Of a stretch of DNA of 64,000 nt, positions 12,801 to 24,902 are shown in pieces (position 1 is the stretch's first letter; each line of letters opens with the position of its first letter). Location: positions 655,298 through 719,297 of the forward strand of contig NMRA01000053.1 in NCBI GenBank assembly GCA_002633005.1, in the 5' to 3' direction. Both the position numbers and the translations under genes were made by a program. The notes below the pieces were generated by a model. It was not told where the DNA came from, did not search any database, and saw only the letters and a program-made list of their open reading frames with translations. Source of the DNA: Phoronis australis (lineage: Eukaryota > Animalia > Phoronida).

Positions 12801-15800
12801 TTTTGATAAAAATTCCATCTTTTACCAGTTGTTTACATGCAGACAGACACGCATGCGCAATTCAATCACCACTAGTACAGCAGCGACACTGCGAGGAGAA
12901 TTCTCCGAATAGCCCCATTAGATTAGTCCGAAACTGATGCTAAGAGTCATATCAGTATTCAGATCCGCATCGAAATGAACGTCCACTAGGGAGTATAGCG
13001 GTATTCGAGTACATGTAGTTCTGAAACTTCAGCAATGCTCTCGTTATAGGAACATGTCCCTCCAAATGCATGATGACCCTTCATACTTTTGAGACGGCCG
13101 CCAAACACGGTCAAAATTCCAAAATTGCCACTGGGGCAAGTAATAGTCGGCCCAACCCAAAATATGTGGATAGCATCGTTTTCTTGAAAGAAATGCACCT
13201 GGAAATTATTAGGATACAGCCGAGAAACATAGAAGTATTTGCCATTTTAAAACCAGCATGCGAGCGTATTATTTATTATTTTGTCTCACTCTAAATGGGG
13301 GGTGGGTGCAATTTATTATTACAACTCATATGAACACGGTGCTTCTCACTATAATCAATAAAGACTGCTACTTAAGTTGCTACTATGAGTTGTAGAAGAT
13401 GCAGATGCACTTTAATGTGCAGGTGCAATCCTCCTCTTCATGTAAACACATTTGTAAAGTTCTTGAAGCTCAACCAAGGGCAACTACAGAGGCAGACGCA
13501 AAAAGGATTACCACAAGGCGGCACGGCAATGGTAGGAGCGTACGAAAGTCATCGTAACCCACGTTTTCATTGATAGAAGCACGACTACTAAATTCCATTG
13601 CAATCCTATAAAGAAATTGATAGATACTGAGACAGATCCAAAACGACTGCCACTAGGGAGCACTGGAGTAGATGGATTCGTCAGAGAATCTATGTCAATC
13701 ATTCTCTCCTTTCTGTAAACGTATCTGACAAATTCCAGCGAAGTAGTGTAGATACAAATATTGAGATGAGAGAAAAAGCGGAAATACCACAATGATGCTA
13801 AGCAGTAGTCTGATTTAGCTTAAAATTAAGGCCAAATGTATTCTCACCTGGCAAATTTGACGACGATTTGAATATTGAGGCTGGCTCAAACAACAACTAG
13901 TCTAGGACATAGTCCAAAATCAATTTCGGACATGCTCTCGTTAATAGAAACATGTCTAACATTCAATATGCGTGGCAAAGAAGGATGCAAACGCCAAAAA
14001 AACGAAACGAAAATATTCAAAATTACACGAAGCTATCCGCGAAATCGAAAGGACAATTCTTCGCCAAACACATCTACCAAGTTTCGTAAACATCCATCGA
14101 GGAACTTGGGAGATTCAAAAGCAAACGCAGTCAAGCAATGCTATTAGGTAGGTAACAGTTGTCGGATTTGTCCGAATAGTTCGCGCCCGTTTTCATGTTC
14201 TTTAAACAGTACACACCATGGATTTTTGCACATTTCGAATTACCGGTGGCCACAGACTAAATGTATGACATAAAATTAAGCCAAATCCATGATTATTTTG
14301 TGTCATTAGCTCGAAATTTTGATTTCTCTTTCAATTTTGCCAATTTTCACATTTCCCGCCATGTGACATCATGGGTTGAACACAAGAGATCAGCGACTAG
14401 CATTGAACAACGGCGGAGAGTAGGGAATTTGAAAGCGACAACGATTATGAGCAAGAAATGAACAAATACTATGAAGAAACGTACGAGAATGGTGGCCAGG
14501 ATGACGAAATGGGGTTGCACGAAAGCGAGAACGAGTTTGATATGTTTTCAGCTGCGTACTTTTATACTTTGAGGCCTTACGAACTGGATCCTCCCGCGAG
14601 AGAAGCGGCCTCGGGCTCGGCCAGTCAACCCAGTCATCCAACAGACGATCCTGAATAAAGAGCCGATGTTTCTGAATAGTAAATATTGTCCTTTATTGAA
14701 CCAGGCCTTCATCGTAACATCTCCTCTGATTGGAGTCGAAACACGACTCCTCAAAGTGGGCAGAACACAGAGTGGCCCCGGACAGAATCGCTTGGTCCAC
14801 GCTGAGGTCCCACACTCTCGTTCGGCGCACGAAGCGATGCCACTACTGCGCAACTTTGGCGTCCTTCGGAACACCGAGACGTTCTCCGTCTGACTGCTGT
14901 TGCTGCAGCCTCCGCAAACACATCTTTTCATCCCTCTACGAACCTTCTCGACGCTAAATATACTTTACTTTCACTTCACTCTATACACTTAGTTGCTGAT
15001 CCGAACAGTGTGCCGAACGACTTGGGTTCAACCCATGACGTTGTACATAATTATTATTTTTTTCAATTTTTACGTGTTTCTTTATGAGCTGTTCACTAAA
15101 GGCACTGAAATCAAGTAAGATATAATAATAAAATTTATTTTGAGGTACTGGAGTCATGTTGCGTACACTTTAAAACACAGCTGTCAACTTCCGTTAAGAT
15201 CTAGCTGGGGATAAAGGATATGCATGTGAATGTGTGGTGCATAAAAAGTCAGGTATCTGTTTTCGCTGGCCATGTTTTTTTTCAAAACGTGGCGGGTGCT
15301 AAGTTGTCTTTAGGTCGCAGCACCCAGTCAGATGGATCCAACCGACAACTGACAGATGGTGTCCTCTTCATCAGCTTCCGTGAAGACATTTCATGGGATT
15401 TCCTGGATTTTTCAGGGAGTAGCAAGAAAACAGTGTGCGGAGTCAAATCAAAAAATACTTTTAGGGGACACAACAACAGTAAAATCCGCCCGAGAAGGAA
15501 TTTCAGCCATACTCGTTTTAATCGTGTGATAATTGCCAAGTATCAAGAAGATCGTAAGAGGCAGCACACACAGTAGCGGGCGTCGAGCTTCGGAACGGGC
15601 CCAACATAGAAATGATAACAGCGGCACCACTATGTGGGAGGATGGAAATACTTACATGTTCATATCCAGCAGAAACAGCTGGCCCGAAATCAGGACTTTT
15701 CCTTGCAGTGTTATCAGCGACCTTAGGTTCCTCAAAAGGAAGACTTGGGAAGTCTGCCAAATGACAAATACTACGATGATGAAAGTGTTTTCTGAGAGAT

Positions 15801-18444
15801 CATCGTACTAAATATGAAATTGGTCTTTGAAAATATGCAACGACATAAATTGAATTTTAAAACAATGGCAAGCATTACAAAAATTAATGATAAAACATGG
15901 ACAGTTTTTCAAACTATACAACCTGATGATGATCTACTTATTACGAACAAGAATCGTGTGTACCTTCTTATTTCTTATTCCCTACGTGGCCGTATGATAT
16001 TACTTTTGTGTCTTTCAGCAGGTCCACGTGGGACACGTTCTTTCGATCTACGCAAGACGTGAAATCAATGTAGACTTACTTTCTCTCCTTTTATAGCGGT
16101 GCTCTGTTCCCACGCTCGCTTGGTGAGTGGTCGTCTCCACGCTCTGATAAGTTTCCTCTGCTCCTGGCGTGGCTTTAATTTCATCCGAAAATGTTTCATC
16201 TTTTGCTTCGTCTGAAGTCGATATCCACGTAGGCTCACCTTTGACTTTGGTGCTCATAGTCTGACCAGTGTCGAGTTTTGTTTCATCGACGTCTGGTCTC
16301 TGAAGATGACCCTTGTCATTTGAAAATAGCTGCATTCCTTTGCTGCCTGGAGGCCCCCTGGACGTTTTTTGTACCTCATCAGTTGCAGGTGTTTCTTGAC
16401 CAGTATCTCTGTCGCCATGTATATGTTTGCTGGCATTCATTCCTGCACATGTTACCAGTTTGGACTCATAAGGCATTGTTGCTGAAGCTTGAGGGTAAAC
16501 GTCTAGGGAGATTCCAGGTTTTTCCAGAACCTCGGGTAGTGTGTCTTTTTCTTCTTTTATGGCATCTTCATGTTTGAAAAGCTCTTCCCATTCGCCTGCG
16601 CCATGCACTTCCATTGATTCATTATGTCTGCTGACACTTGCGTTAGATATTTCTTTCATCGAAGTCTTTCCCTGCTCAACAAAATATAGACTAAAGCGAA
16701 TCATCAATCACATCAAATGTAGTCTAAAATATATCCCAGTGGACAGACTCTCAGAGCATTTCAAAACATGATTGCCGTGTAGGGAATCTTGTTCTACTGT
16801 GAGTGACACGGATGACCCAACAAAAATCATACTTTCCTCACTTTTCTTACCAGCTGCAGATCTTATCAATAAAATTGGAAATGATTTCAAGACTTCTTGA
16901 AAACTGAAAATTAAAAATCAAGCATGGTAACAGCGAATAACGAAATGTTAGTTATTTCCAAATCCGGATACCACTTTTCACTAAAGTAAAAAGAAGTTCA
17001 GACCAATTTTAAAGCAGTAACTGGTCTTAATGAGAAGTAATATATAATACACAAAAGCCAGAACTGCAAATGCAACCCTCAAGTCGTAAACGTCGTGGCA
17101 AGAATTGCGACATTTTACGCCGATATGACGGCGGTCACTTTTAAACGGTGGATCACCATTTAACTGGCTAATCCAGGCTCTCTCTACTTGTCGTGCACTG
17201 CCTGTCATCATTTACGTGTAATTAAGGACTTTTCATATTAGCGCTCTCCAGAGTAATGAGAGCGAGAAAGCTGCCTCCGCTTGATCCCGACTAAGATTTG
17301 GTGGACAAACGGAAATTCATTGATACATAATGGTTCATTGATTTAAAAACAGAAGAATCAATCCCATTTCCAATCCTTCCCATTGTATGATTAGGCTAGG
17401 TTCACCAATTTATTTTATCTGTTTGACATTGGCTGGTATCCAAATTCTGTCACTTTATCAGCCATCGACTATGCAGCCGCTGATTCCTCTTCGCAGTGTA
17501 TGCAACATGATGTGCTTTATCCATGGGTATTTCAGGAGGTTTGTCTCTTTCCGTAAGCCATTAGTATATTCCACCGCATATCAGTGAAAATTTGCCGGCA
17601 TTATGCTAGCAGTAAAGGTGATAAACCCTATTTAAATCACTAGGTTGAAATCTCCCGTTCGCATTACGTGGGATCTGTAGGTGGCGCTGAACGCTTGTCC
17701 ACCAAAGACGTGATCGCCGTCTGGTGGTAAATTTCAATATGGCGCTGCTATTTCGAAAGTCAGCTAAAATGTATCGCTTAGCAAATAATGGCGTTTAAAC
17801 ATTGGGTCCCCTTCCTTACTTGCAGCTTTTAAACATACATCACGAGCCTTGCCTTAAATTGACGCGGCAGACACGTTTATATTTTTACGTCAGTGAATGC
17901 AGGTCTTAAAATGAGTCGGGGTACAGCCCAAAACCATCTACGCCTTTTGGCTTGCCTCATATTATGTGTATAAGTAAAGAAAACCAATCAATGCACGTGA
18001 AAAGGGTAGTAATTTCTGTGAGACGTCATATGCACAAAGGATGAGGGGAACATTTTGTGGACAACGGACCAATCACGTCGCGTGAAATTGGAAACCTTTC
18101 ACGAAACATAGCGCACGAGTCAACCGAGTCCGCTTAATCAAGTTTTGTGCTAACTGGCCCTGGATTGACTGTCTCACAAATCTTTGGTCTGTGATGCGCA
18201 ACCATCAATTTTCAGTGTTTTCTTAAAAATGTCAATAGCAGACGTTGCTTACGTCAGACACATCCTCATCGCCAGTTCCGTCTATTTGGCTACTGCTTGC
18301 AACCGTAGACAGACGGAGGTTCATAGTTTGCCGCAGACGTTGAACTTCAATCTCCACGTTCTCAATTCTTTGCGTGCAATCAATAATTGCGTCGATTATT
18401 TTGGAACCGGATAGGTCGAGGTCTCTTTTCAAAGTATCCATTAT
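767..18444 (-). CDS. Gene A (partial, multi-exon): coiled-coil exon plus long low-complexity/repeat linker; probable paralogue of CARD gene B; 3' end beyond the left edge, 5' end unresolved
   Basis: Phase-compatible AG/GT-bounded open exons: 18444-18253 (0-0), 16671-16080 (0-1), 15753-15656 (1-0), then 5892-5847, 4458-4358, 3845-3800, 3365-3265, 2743-2698, 2194-2094, 1419-1374, 867-767. The connection across 15656-5892 is inferred from phase only. Confidence 0.6.
1374..1419 (-). CDS. Gene A 46-nt repeat exon (phase 0-1), SCAPASGSQHYVHDE
   Basis: ttttttcacag acceptor, GTAGGA donor; 46+101=147 nt keeps the frame. Confidence 0.7.
2094..2194 (-). CDS. Gene A 101-nt repeat exon, (E)SPRQTIPKCLDETSTPNSSTVSLCSQSVDEFQH
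   Basis: tag acceptor, GTAAGT donor, open frame. Confidence 0.72.
2698..2743 (-). CDS. Gene A 46-nt repeat exon, SCAPPSGSQQYGDDE
   Basis: tttcatttcacag acceptor, GTAAGT donor. Confidence 0.75.
3265..3365 (-). CDS. Gene A 101-nt repeat exon, (G)STEQTFAMWLDVTNTQNSCMVGLCSQSADDFQH
   Basis: tttttcaactcag acceptor, GTAAGT donor, open frame. Confidence 0.75.
3800..3845 (-). CDS. Gene A 46-nt repeat exon, SRTPASGSQHYVDDE
   Basis: gtttcacag acceptor, GTAAGA donor. Confidence 0.75.
4358..4458 (-). CDS. Gene A 101-nt repeat exon (most diverged), (E)SSDQTLLNRLDAADIITNCMERVSDQSSDEFPL
   Basis: tttttatgcag acceptor, GTAAGT donor; still exactly 101 nt and open despite heavy divergence. Confidence 0.75.
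5847..5892 (-). CDS. Gene A 46-nt exon, TETPDAGPGQQCQKK
   Basis: tttttgttccatag acceptor, GTAAGC donor; same length and phase as the other 46-nt exons. Confidence 0.7.
6760..6830 (-). CDS. Candidate gene A exon (phase 1-0, GC donor), YGRDQYSMQTVASAWSSRGYSQE
   Basis: ttttcttaattggtcag acceptor, GAG|GCAAGT non-canonical donor, open frame; the upstream phase 0-1 partner exon was not found. Confidence 0.35.
11120..11545 (+). pseudogene. Degenerate YqaJ-like (lambda exonuclease family) domain of the transposon
   Basis: Hand translation across stops and frameshifts gives AVLHG..VALEK, GVSVYPDELYLTATQISLVGED, CPF, GLKLKK..H...VQ, VFTFKGLIVDVI, LKLDLFYKRFYRP, collinear with the YqaJ motif order. 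Confidence 0.7.
11900..12790 (-). pseudogene. Degenerate two-exon THAP domain (5' end of transposase gene)
   Basis: PYYC*FPWCKSSTGGHKFPKDLRLLYSWTIAVNR...PRVCS, then GTAAGT donor (~12596); second exon from ~11960 reads GKKKQLKPTA*PSI (AVPTIF-like box). No DDE core recognised. Confidence 0.65.
14206..15169. mobile_element. Non-autonomous Kolobok-like DNA transposon
   Basis: TTAA on both flanks (14202-05, 15170-73); imperfect 15-bp TIR ACAGTACACACCATG / AGTGTACGCAACATG (11/15); convergent THAP remnant and acidic ORF with LRPYELDP. Confidence 0.65.
14660..14931 (-). pseudogene. Frameshifted THAP zinc-finger remnant
   Basis: MKRCVCGGCSNS..., frameshift, then AKVAQ*WHRFVRRTRVW...ATLCSAHFEESCFD (C2CH THAP signature). 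Confidence 0.8.
15656..15753 (-). CDS. Gene A exon (phase 1-0), FPSLPFEEPKVADNTARKSPDFGPAVSAGYEH
   Basis: tttgtcatttggcag acceptor, GTAAGT donor, 98 nt; in phase with the 16080 donor. Confidence 0.72.
16080..16671 (-). CDS. Gene A large low-complexity exon (phase 0-1, ~197 aa, E/K/T/S-rich)
   Basis: Lies within ORF 16048..16707; ttttgttgagcag acceptor, GTAAGT donor, 592 nt. Confidence 0.78.
18253..18444 (-). CDS. Gene A coiled-coil-like exon (phase 0-0), IMDTLKRDLDLSGSKIIDAIIDCTQRIENVEIEVQRLRQTMN...
   Basis: aatttgcag acceptor, GTAAGC donor, 192 nt; heptad-like hydrophobic spacing. Confidence 0.75.
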
Positions 18445-21400
18445 CTGCAAATTAAATGCTTAGACTAAGACATCACGGCGCTTTGTAAGTATGGTCACGT
18501 GAAGAGCTAAGTTCGTCAATTGTACCACATATTCTATGACTCCTGAAAAGCAAAGGACAAAAATTACATTCAGTAATACAAATACGTTTTCAATAACGCT
18601 GGGTGTTTCTTCGAAAACGCAGCAGCACCAACCGCCACTGCAAAGAAACATCCATTACTCGTGAAAGGGGTATAGCATAATCATAGGAGATATCTGAACA
18701 TACTGCTTCATATGTGGGCAGTTCCGTGACAAGGTCAACGTTGAGACAAAAATAATAATTACGATAATTTTAACATTTCTGGTCTCATCTGAAAACCCAG
18801 TCTCTCTATCTTCAGGATCCTGCATGTTTAAATTACCTGTAACTTTCATTTTTTGTGGTAAATGGACTCATTTTTGGGCGCCACTTGTTCGACTTGTATT
18901 TGTAAACTATCTATTTTTATAAATAATCTAATTATGAGTATTTGTACAATCGCACGAAGCGACACTAAGTTAAATAAAGACTCCAGCGAGAAGAAATGCG
19001 TAACGACAGACTGTAAAGGGTCTAACAGAAACCACCACTCGAATACTAGAGCCAAGCATATTGCCGAACTATCCAAAAATTTTCATTGGACCTGTGGCAC
19101 ATTGTCGACCTCTTGGGGTCAAAGGACAACTCCTGGATGTCAAAGTGTCGTACATCCGTAATGCTAAAAACTAGATAATAGAGATTATTTGTTAAGTCAC
19201 AAATCGTGTGACAGACATACAGAAAGTTTACACGTTCGTTGCACCTTTGAAAATACATTTTTCAGACAATAAAATTAAAGGCCTCAGTTGTTTTTACTTT
19301 CCAAACTTGCAGAAGATGAAATTTGTCTCACAATTAATAGCCTAAACCTATCAAACATTACGACAGTTAGAAAATCAAGTAAATAAGCTGCTACGCATTA
19401 AAATTAGATGCGTAGGACTTTTTCAATACAACAGTCTTTGCAAAAAAGATTGCTTTACAGTGTCATATAGTACATTCTTAATAAGAATTCAACTTGTCAA
19501 AATTAGACAGTTGTACTTCATTTTGAATTTAAATCGAACAAAACAACAATTTTATGAATTTGTTGTGTGTAAAGACATCCTTAGTTTTTGAAAAATTGCA
19601 GAAGCAAAAGTTTTTATACAAAAGACTTTCTAAGCTGCTCTGGAGTTGAAAATAACAAGAGGCATAAAAGGAATACATGTCAGCTTGCTGTTCTGCAAGA
19701 TTCAAAGATATTTTTATTCTAACCGTTGATGCTATGTTTTGCGTTGAAGAAGACAATGCTGGCCATTTTAAGAGGCAGAAACCTGTTACCTAATTTATGA
19801 ATCATTTTTGTTCACACCTTCGCTGACTGTAGTCACACTTGTGTTTTCAGCCTTGGGTGGCTTGTATGAATTGCACCGGTTGATTTTACATATTTTTGCT
19901 GATTTTACATATTTTTGCAAAAAAGAACCTTATTCACGCTATCTTTTTTAGAAAGATCTTTTTGCGGTGATTAAGGAGATTGAACCAGCATTTAGAAACG
20001 AGAATGGGATTTATTGACAACCAGGTTATGAACGGATGTCAGCTGGGAGAAGAAAAAAAATATCTTCTCTGAAAATTGAAAAAATACTGTGAATTAAGAA
20101 ATGCTTAATAGCGAACCGTGATGCGACTTAATTTAACGCCTTTCGTTAAAATTGAAATGGAAACAAGAATTAAAGGAGAATGCCACTCAAAAAACAACCT
20201 ATTTGTATCAATTTCGATCGAGTAGTTCTAATCGATAACGGCACGTTTGGTTGCGTTACCTGACACCTGACGGCAGACGGAGGTGTTGAAATTATCCAAT
20301 GACGTAATTGGTTTCACACGCATTCTGTTCAGCAGTTCACGACACGGGTTAGTGGTGTCAGCTTATCGCTTGAATTCATCGTTTAACACCAATAAATCCT
20401 CAAACTTTGATGAAAAACCCTTAAAAATACACCGAGTTCTTATAAAAACGTGTTGTTTTATTTCGCTGTTACGGATTTACTGGTATTTGGACGCACCGTA
20501 GCCTACAAAGTTCGGCACTGAAGCCAAGGTCCGTAGCAGGAGTTTGGGATCTGTTCGGAGTTAAATTCGAAGTATTCTTCCGTGAAATACAGATCGACAG
20601 GAGAACATAGATCTGTGTTGCTTATACTTGTGATTTTTTGAGTTCTAAACACACAAAACGCTTGTTATCCCGGGCAGTGACTCGGAACCCGATGAGGCCC
20701 GTCACGGCCGCCGGGACTGGCACGAACATAAACCAGCTTGAGTTGGAAACTAAACCTCCAGTCACGAAAAGACTATAATAGTGAGCCGACGAAATAATGT
20801 GCACGTAAATATTTATGTGAATTAGCCACGAAACTGAAAATCTACTTACTTGTCGGGGGCCGCGAAGTCGGGTTCCACTTCCACAGACCGTCAGGGCAAA
20901 GGTTGTACAGTAACAATGATTTGAATAATGTATTTGTATTTCTAAATAAAGATTCCCCTAACATGTGACCATAGCATATTGATTGTTTCACAACAGCTTT
21001 CTGTCAGCCAACACTGAATTTACATGGTGCGCTCACAGGGCTTCGGTGCACGGTCAATTACCTTTGTTGCCGGCATCAAAAGCCGGAAACGCAGTGGTTT
21101 ATTCATTGCTGGCATCTCAAAACATCTGTACTAACGAGCACTCCAAGGCATTGAAAATTGTATCTAATGAGACAGACTTTGTTTCATATACCCGCTTTCT
21201 TCGCAGCTGCATAGTTAGGACAAGCGGGAACGATGCACCGCAATATAGCGGCATTTACTCAGCAGACGAACCACTGACGTCTATGCGTCGTTTATCACCT
21301 TCCTCACAGGTTAACGCGATACCTCTCGGCAAGGTGAGGTCGACCGTATAAGAGACGACGTGGATATAGACCGATTAAGACGGTAAAAAGGATTAATTAA

Positions 21401-22059
21401 ATCGGGTGGCATTCTCCTTTAAAAAGCTGAATGAAAGCCTAATAACTAATAGGCACCAGCAGCAGATACTTTTAGTACCTGTACATAACCCTAAATAGTA
21501 TTCCTAACTGTGATGTAGTTTAATGTCTGACTACTGAAGTCCTATTTCAAATACTTTAAGCACATCACTTTTATTAAAAAAAGTGGATAGCAAAATAACC
21601 CTGACAAGCTTAGTTAAAATGATAATTAAAGTATTAAACTCTATTCAGATTTTACACTTAGGATAGTCGCATTTACTCATTAGTATCAAATGTATATTCA
21701 CACTTTATGCAAAAGCAGTTTTTCCTAAATGCCAACAGGTGCCAAATACAAAATGATTATCACTCTCATTCTCATCCATATTGGTTACCATCTTCAAAGA
21801 GAAGAGTTGATTTTCGGAGGTTGTTTTATACCTTAAATCAAAGGTTTTGAAAAATTGACATCCTAGTGTATATAGCCAGCATAGGCTTGCTTGAGGTGAT
21901 GATTTCAGGCAAATCAAATGGTGCATTTTAATTAAAAAATGACATACGTGGTTCATTACACACTAACTCGCTTTCAAAAGAACAACGTAACTTTTTAAAA
22001 TGCAGAACTTATCCTGAATTAATCTCTTAGCCACAGCAAACAGTTTAATTCTAGAATTA

Positions 22060-22340
22060 TTATCTATGAAATACTTGTGCACACCAAAAATCTACTGGAC
22101 CAAAATTCTACAGATGAATAACCTTAAGTAGCCAAAGAAAAGTTACAGGGTGCTGAGGAAAGACTTGGAAAGAGGGCGAAAAAATTGGGCCAATACTGTT
22201 AAAGATATTCTTCAGATACGGGATTGGGGAGGTATAGAATTTAAGCAAAAACTGTTAGATTGTGGTATCCCAGAATGGAGGATGTCAGTGCAGAACTCCA
22301 GCAAGTGCGCATTTTATTTGAAACTTTTTATAATTCACAG
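22060..22340 (+). mobile_element. Non-LTR retrotransposon (LINE) ORF2 C-terminal fragment
   Basis: YWTKILQMNN..PKKSYRVLRKDLERGRKNWANTVKDIL...FKQKLLD....EW...VQNSSKCAFY resembles the post-RT region of invertebrate LINEs; contains a stop and a deletion. Confidence 0.6.
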
Positions 22341-24902
22341 ACAATTAAAAAATCAAGAATTCTAATTCTCCATCACACCCCTTTAAAAGCAATTTATCAG
22401 TTAGGCAAAAAGATTAGACTAACGTTAACACCTGCATTGAAGGCAATCAATGAGGCATAAAAATTAACCTGAGATGAATTATTTTTCACAATTTATCAAA
22501 ATGTTCTCTAACCCCGTGCGTCACACATGGAATTGCCCATGTACTTTGGGAAGACCGAGGCTACAAACAGTAAACAGATTCAATTACTAATGGTAAATGC
22601 TTTGTAAGCAAAAACTATGGGAGAGGCACGATTTTTTATTTTATATTACGAAGAGGTTAGGAATAAATAAACAATTTACTATAAGGTCATTTTTTGAAAA
22701 GGCTGCTACAGAGTGTCAAAGTTGGCCAAAAATGGCGTCAGTGAAAACCTGCAAAATAGCCGTTTTTGCCACAAAAATCAAAACATACAAATTTGACAAC
22801 GAGTTTTGAAAGTTATGCCATTAAATTACTCTATCATAGTCCTTTAAAAATGTATCACTCGTTTGTTATCAGCTAGCTATACATGGTAGTACAATGCATT
22901 CAAACATATCTACTTCGGCGCACAATTTTGTTGCAAAATGGAGGTACGTGTCATAAATAGAGAAATAATGTGTGAAAATTCTTAAAAATCGAAATTTTTC
23001 TACATCTCACCAAACCAAACTCATGTGCTAAATCTAAAAAAATCTGTGAATTTGGATATAGATTCTACCTGTTGATTTTTACATGGATTCACTCTTAGAT
23101 TGTCTCAATAGTCTTGAAAATTTGGGAGCATTTTACTGAAATAAATGTCAAAAAGGCCATTTTAGCATGATACACTCTTTTAATGAGGTCACCAAAGACA
23201 ATATTATACAACTCAGTCTGTCTCTTTCCGCAAAGAAGGAAAGTTACAGCTCAGTCAGTGGTGTCGTAACCACTCGAAATACTGTTGCATATCGTTATTA
23301 CAGTACATCTCTCATTGCCCTGGCGAGTTTTCTCCAAATGTTTTAAAAGCTATTATAACTACTTTATTTGAAACAACTTTTGATTTACATCACGTATTGT
23401 TATATTATCAAATTGATTGTAAAGTTTTCCTTAGTCCAATTGGAGATGATTCCGGGACTCCAAAATAGCTAACAGTTTTTTATAGGGCTTGAGATCAGGC
23501 TCTGCTCTGCATTTGGCTTGACATGGCGTGTCATTTCATGTGCCAAGCATAGTTTCAAGAAATAACAAACTGTCAGTTGTTTTTGCAAATCATGCAGAAA
23601 CCATTTCTCACTTAATTACGCAACAAGTTTAGACCAATTTTACATCGGTAAGCGGTTGGAATCAAATGTTCGCTTTATGGACGGAACCCGGGTTTAAAGT
23701 CGTTCTAAGGAGGGTTTTATTGTTTCATTTTGGTAACCTTATTGCTTTTTATAACGAAATATTTGTTTAACCTGTCAAATATGCAAAATAATGATAATTT
23801 ATAGTTGTTTCTAGTGTAATCATACACCATCAAGATTTTATGAGGCGCTTTCTAATAACTTCTTGCAAGTCAGTTGAAACACGTCGGAGTGACAATTTTT
23901 GGCCTAGTGCTAAAAAAATAATTTTATTTTTATTTGTCCTGGGTATAGGAATTTGGACTTCCGTTATAGCTCAGATGGGTGTATGTTAAGGAAATCGTAA
24001 ACTTTCGAAAAGATTGTAATAACTTTAGATGGCTTTATGTTTAGCCGGTCAGTCAGGCAGTTGTATTACCCACGCTTCCTGAATCTCCGAATCGCAGGCA
24101 TACTAGATTTAGCGATATTACACCTTAAAATATTCCCAAAATATGGATGAAATATGTTCGGGAGGAGTTTTGGTGATAACAGTGCTAAACTTACTTCGTT
24201 TGTACTAAATAAAAATTCCACCCTAAGCCCTATATTCCATAGCAAGAAACAGCACAGCACAGCACAGGAACAAATGAATCCAGACAACGACTGTCCCGCA
24301 TCCGCGGCAAAATCTCAACCACTCGTGATCGAAGTTGGCATTCTAGTCCTAGAGTTGAAAGGTACATGCTCACACACGTCGAAAAACGACTTAATTTTTG
24401 TTTAAATACCGACTTAATGTTCATGGAACGGTATTTTCAGAATTTTCGTCTTCAGTCTCAAAACTTAGCCCGAACTTAGGTCTTAGCTTCGGCAAGTTTT
24501 ATGTCTTAAATCACTTTTCATGAAACCATCTCCAAGGCCCACTGGTTAAGAGTAAACAAGCCGATTTTTACATTTTCTCTGAGGAGTCCTGAAAATGAAA
24601 TGTAGATGTCTCTCGCAAATGACAAGTCAACCTGTCACAGCGTGTCGTTTTATTCGTCGAGCATTGTATTGAGGAAATATGACGAAGTGTCATTTCTTTG
24701 CAAGATCAATAATTACTTCTCCTATGAGTAAAAATATCCCTACTAAAATTTCATAATTATTGAATGGTAGTCCTACTCTTGACCTCGTTCTCAATGAATT
24801 CCTCCTAAGCAACCTTAACAAATTCTTATAAATATATATCACGTAAAAAAGTAATGGACAAGTTGAGACCAATTTTATAGCGGTATTTATCCTATAAGCG
24901 TG

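Larger units (their letters stand above)
9422..12916. mobile_element. Decayed ISL2EU-like (PIF/Harbinger-related) DNA transposon
   Basis: TIRs GGGGCTATTCGGA / TCCGAATAGCCCC flanked by AT on both sides (9420-21, 12917-18), with subterminal similarity tgtactagtggtga. Degenerate YqaJ-like nuclease on + and THAP domain on -, convergent. Confidence 0.8.

Noticed and set aside
16708-16904. In-frame ORF upstream of the 219-aa ORF, suggesting stop-codon readthrough
   Set aside because: A splice acceptor at 16672 explains the downstream ORF, leaving the TGA in the intron.
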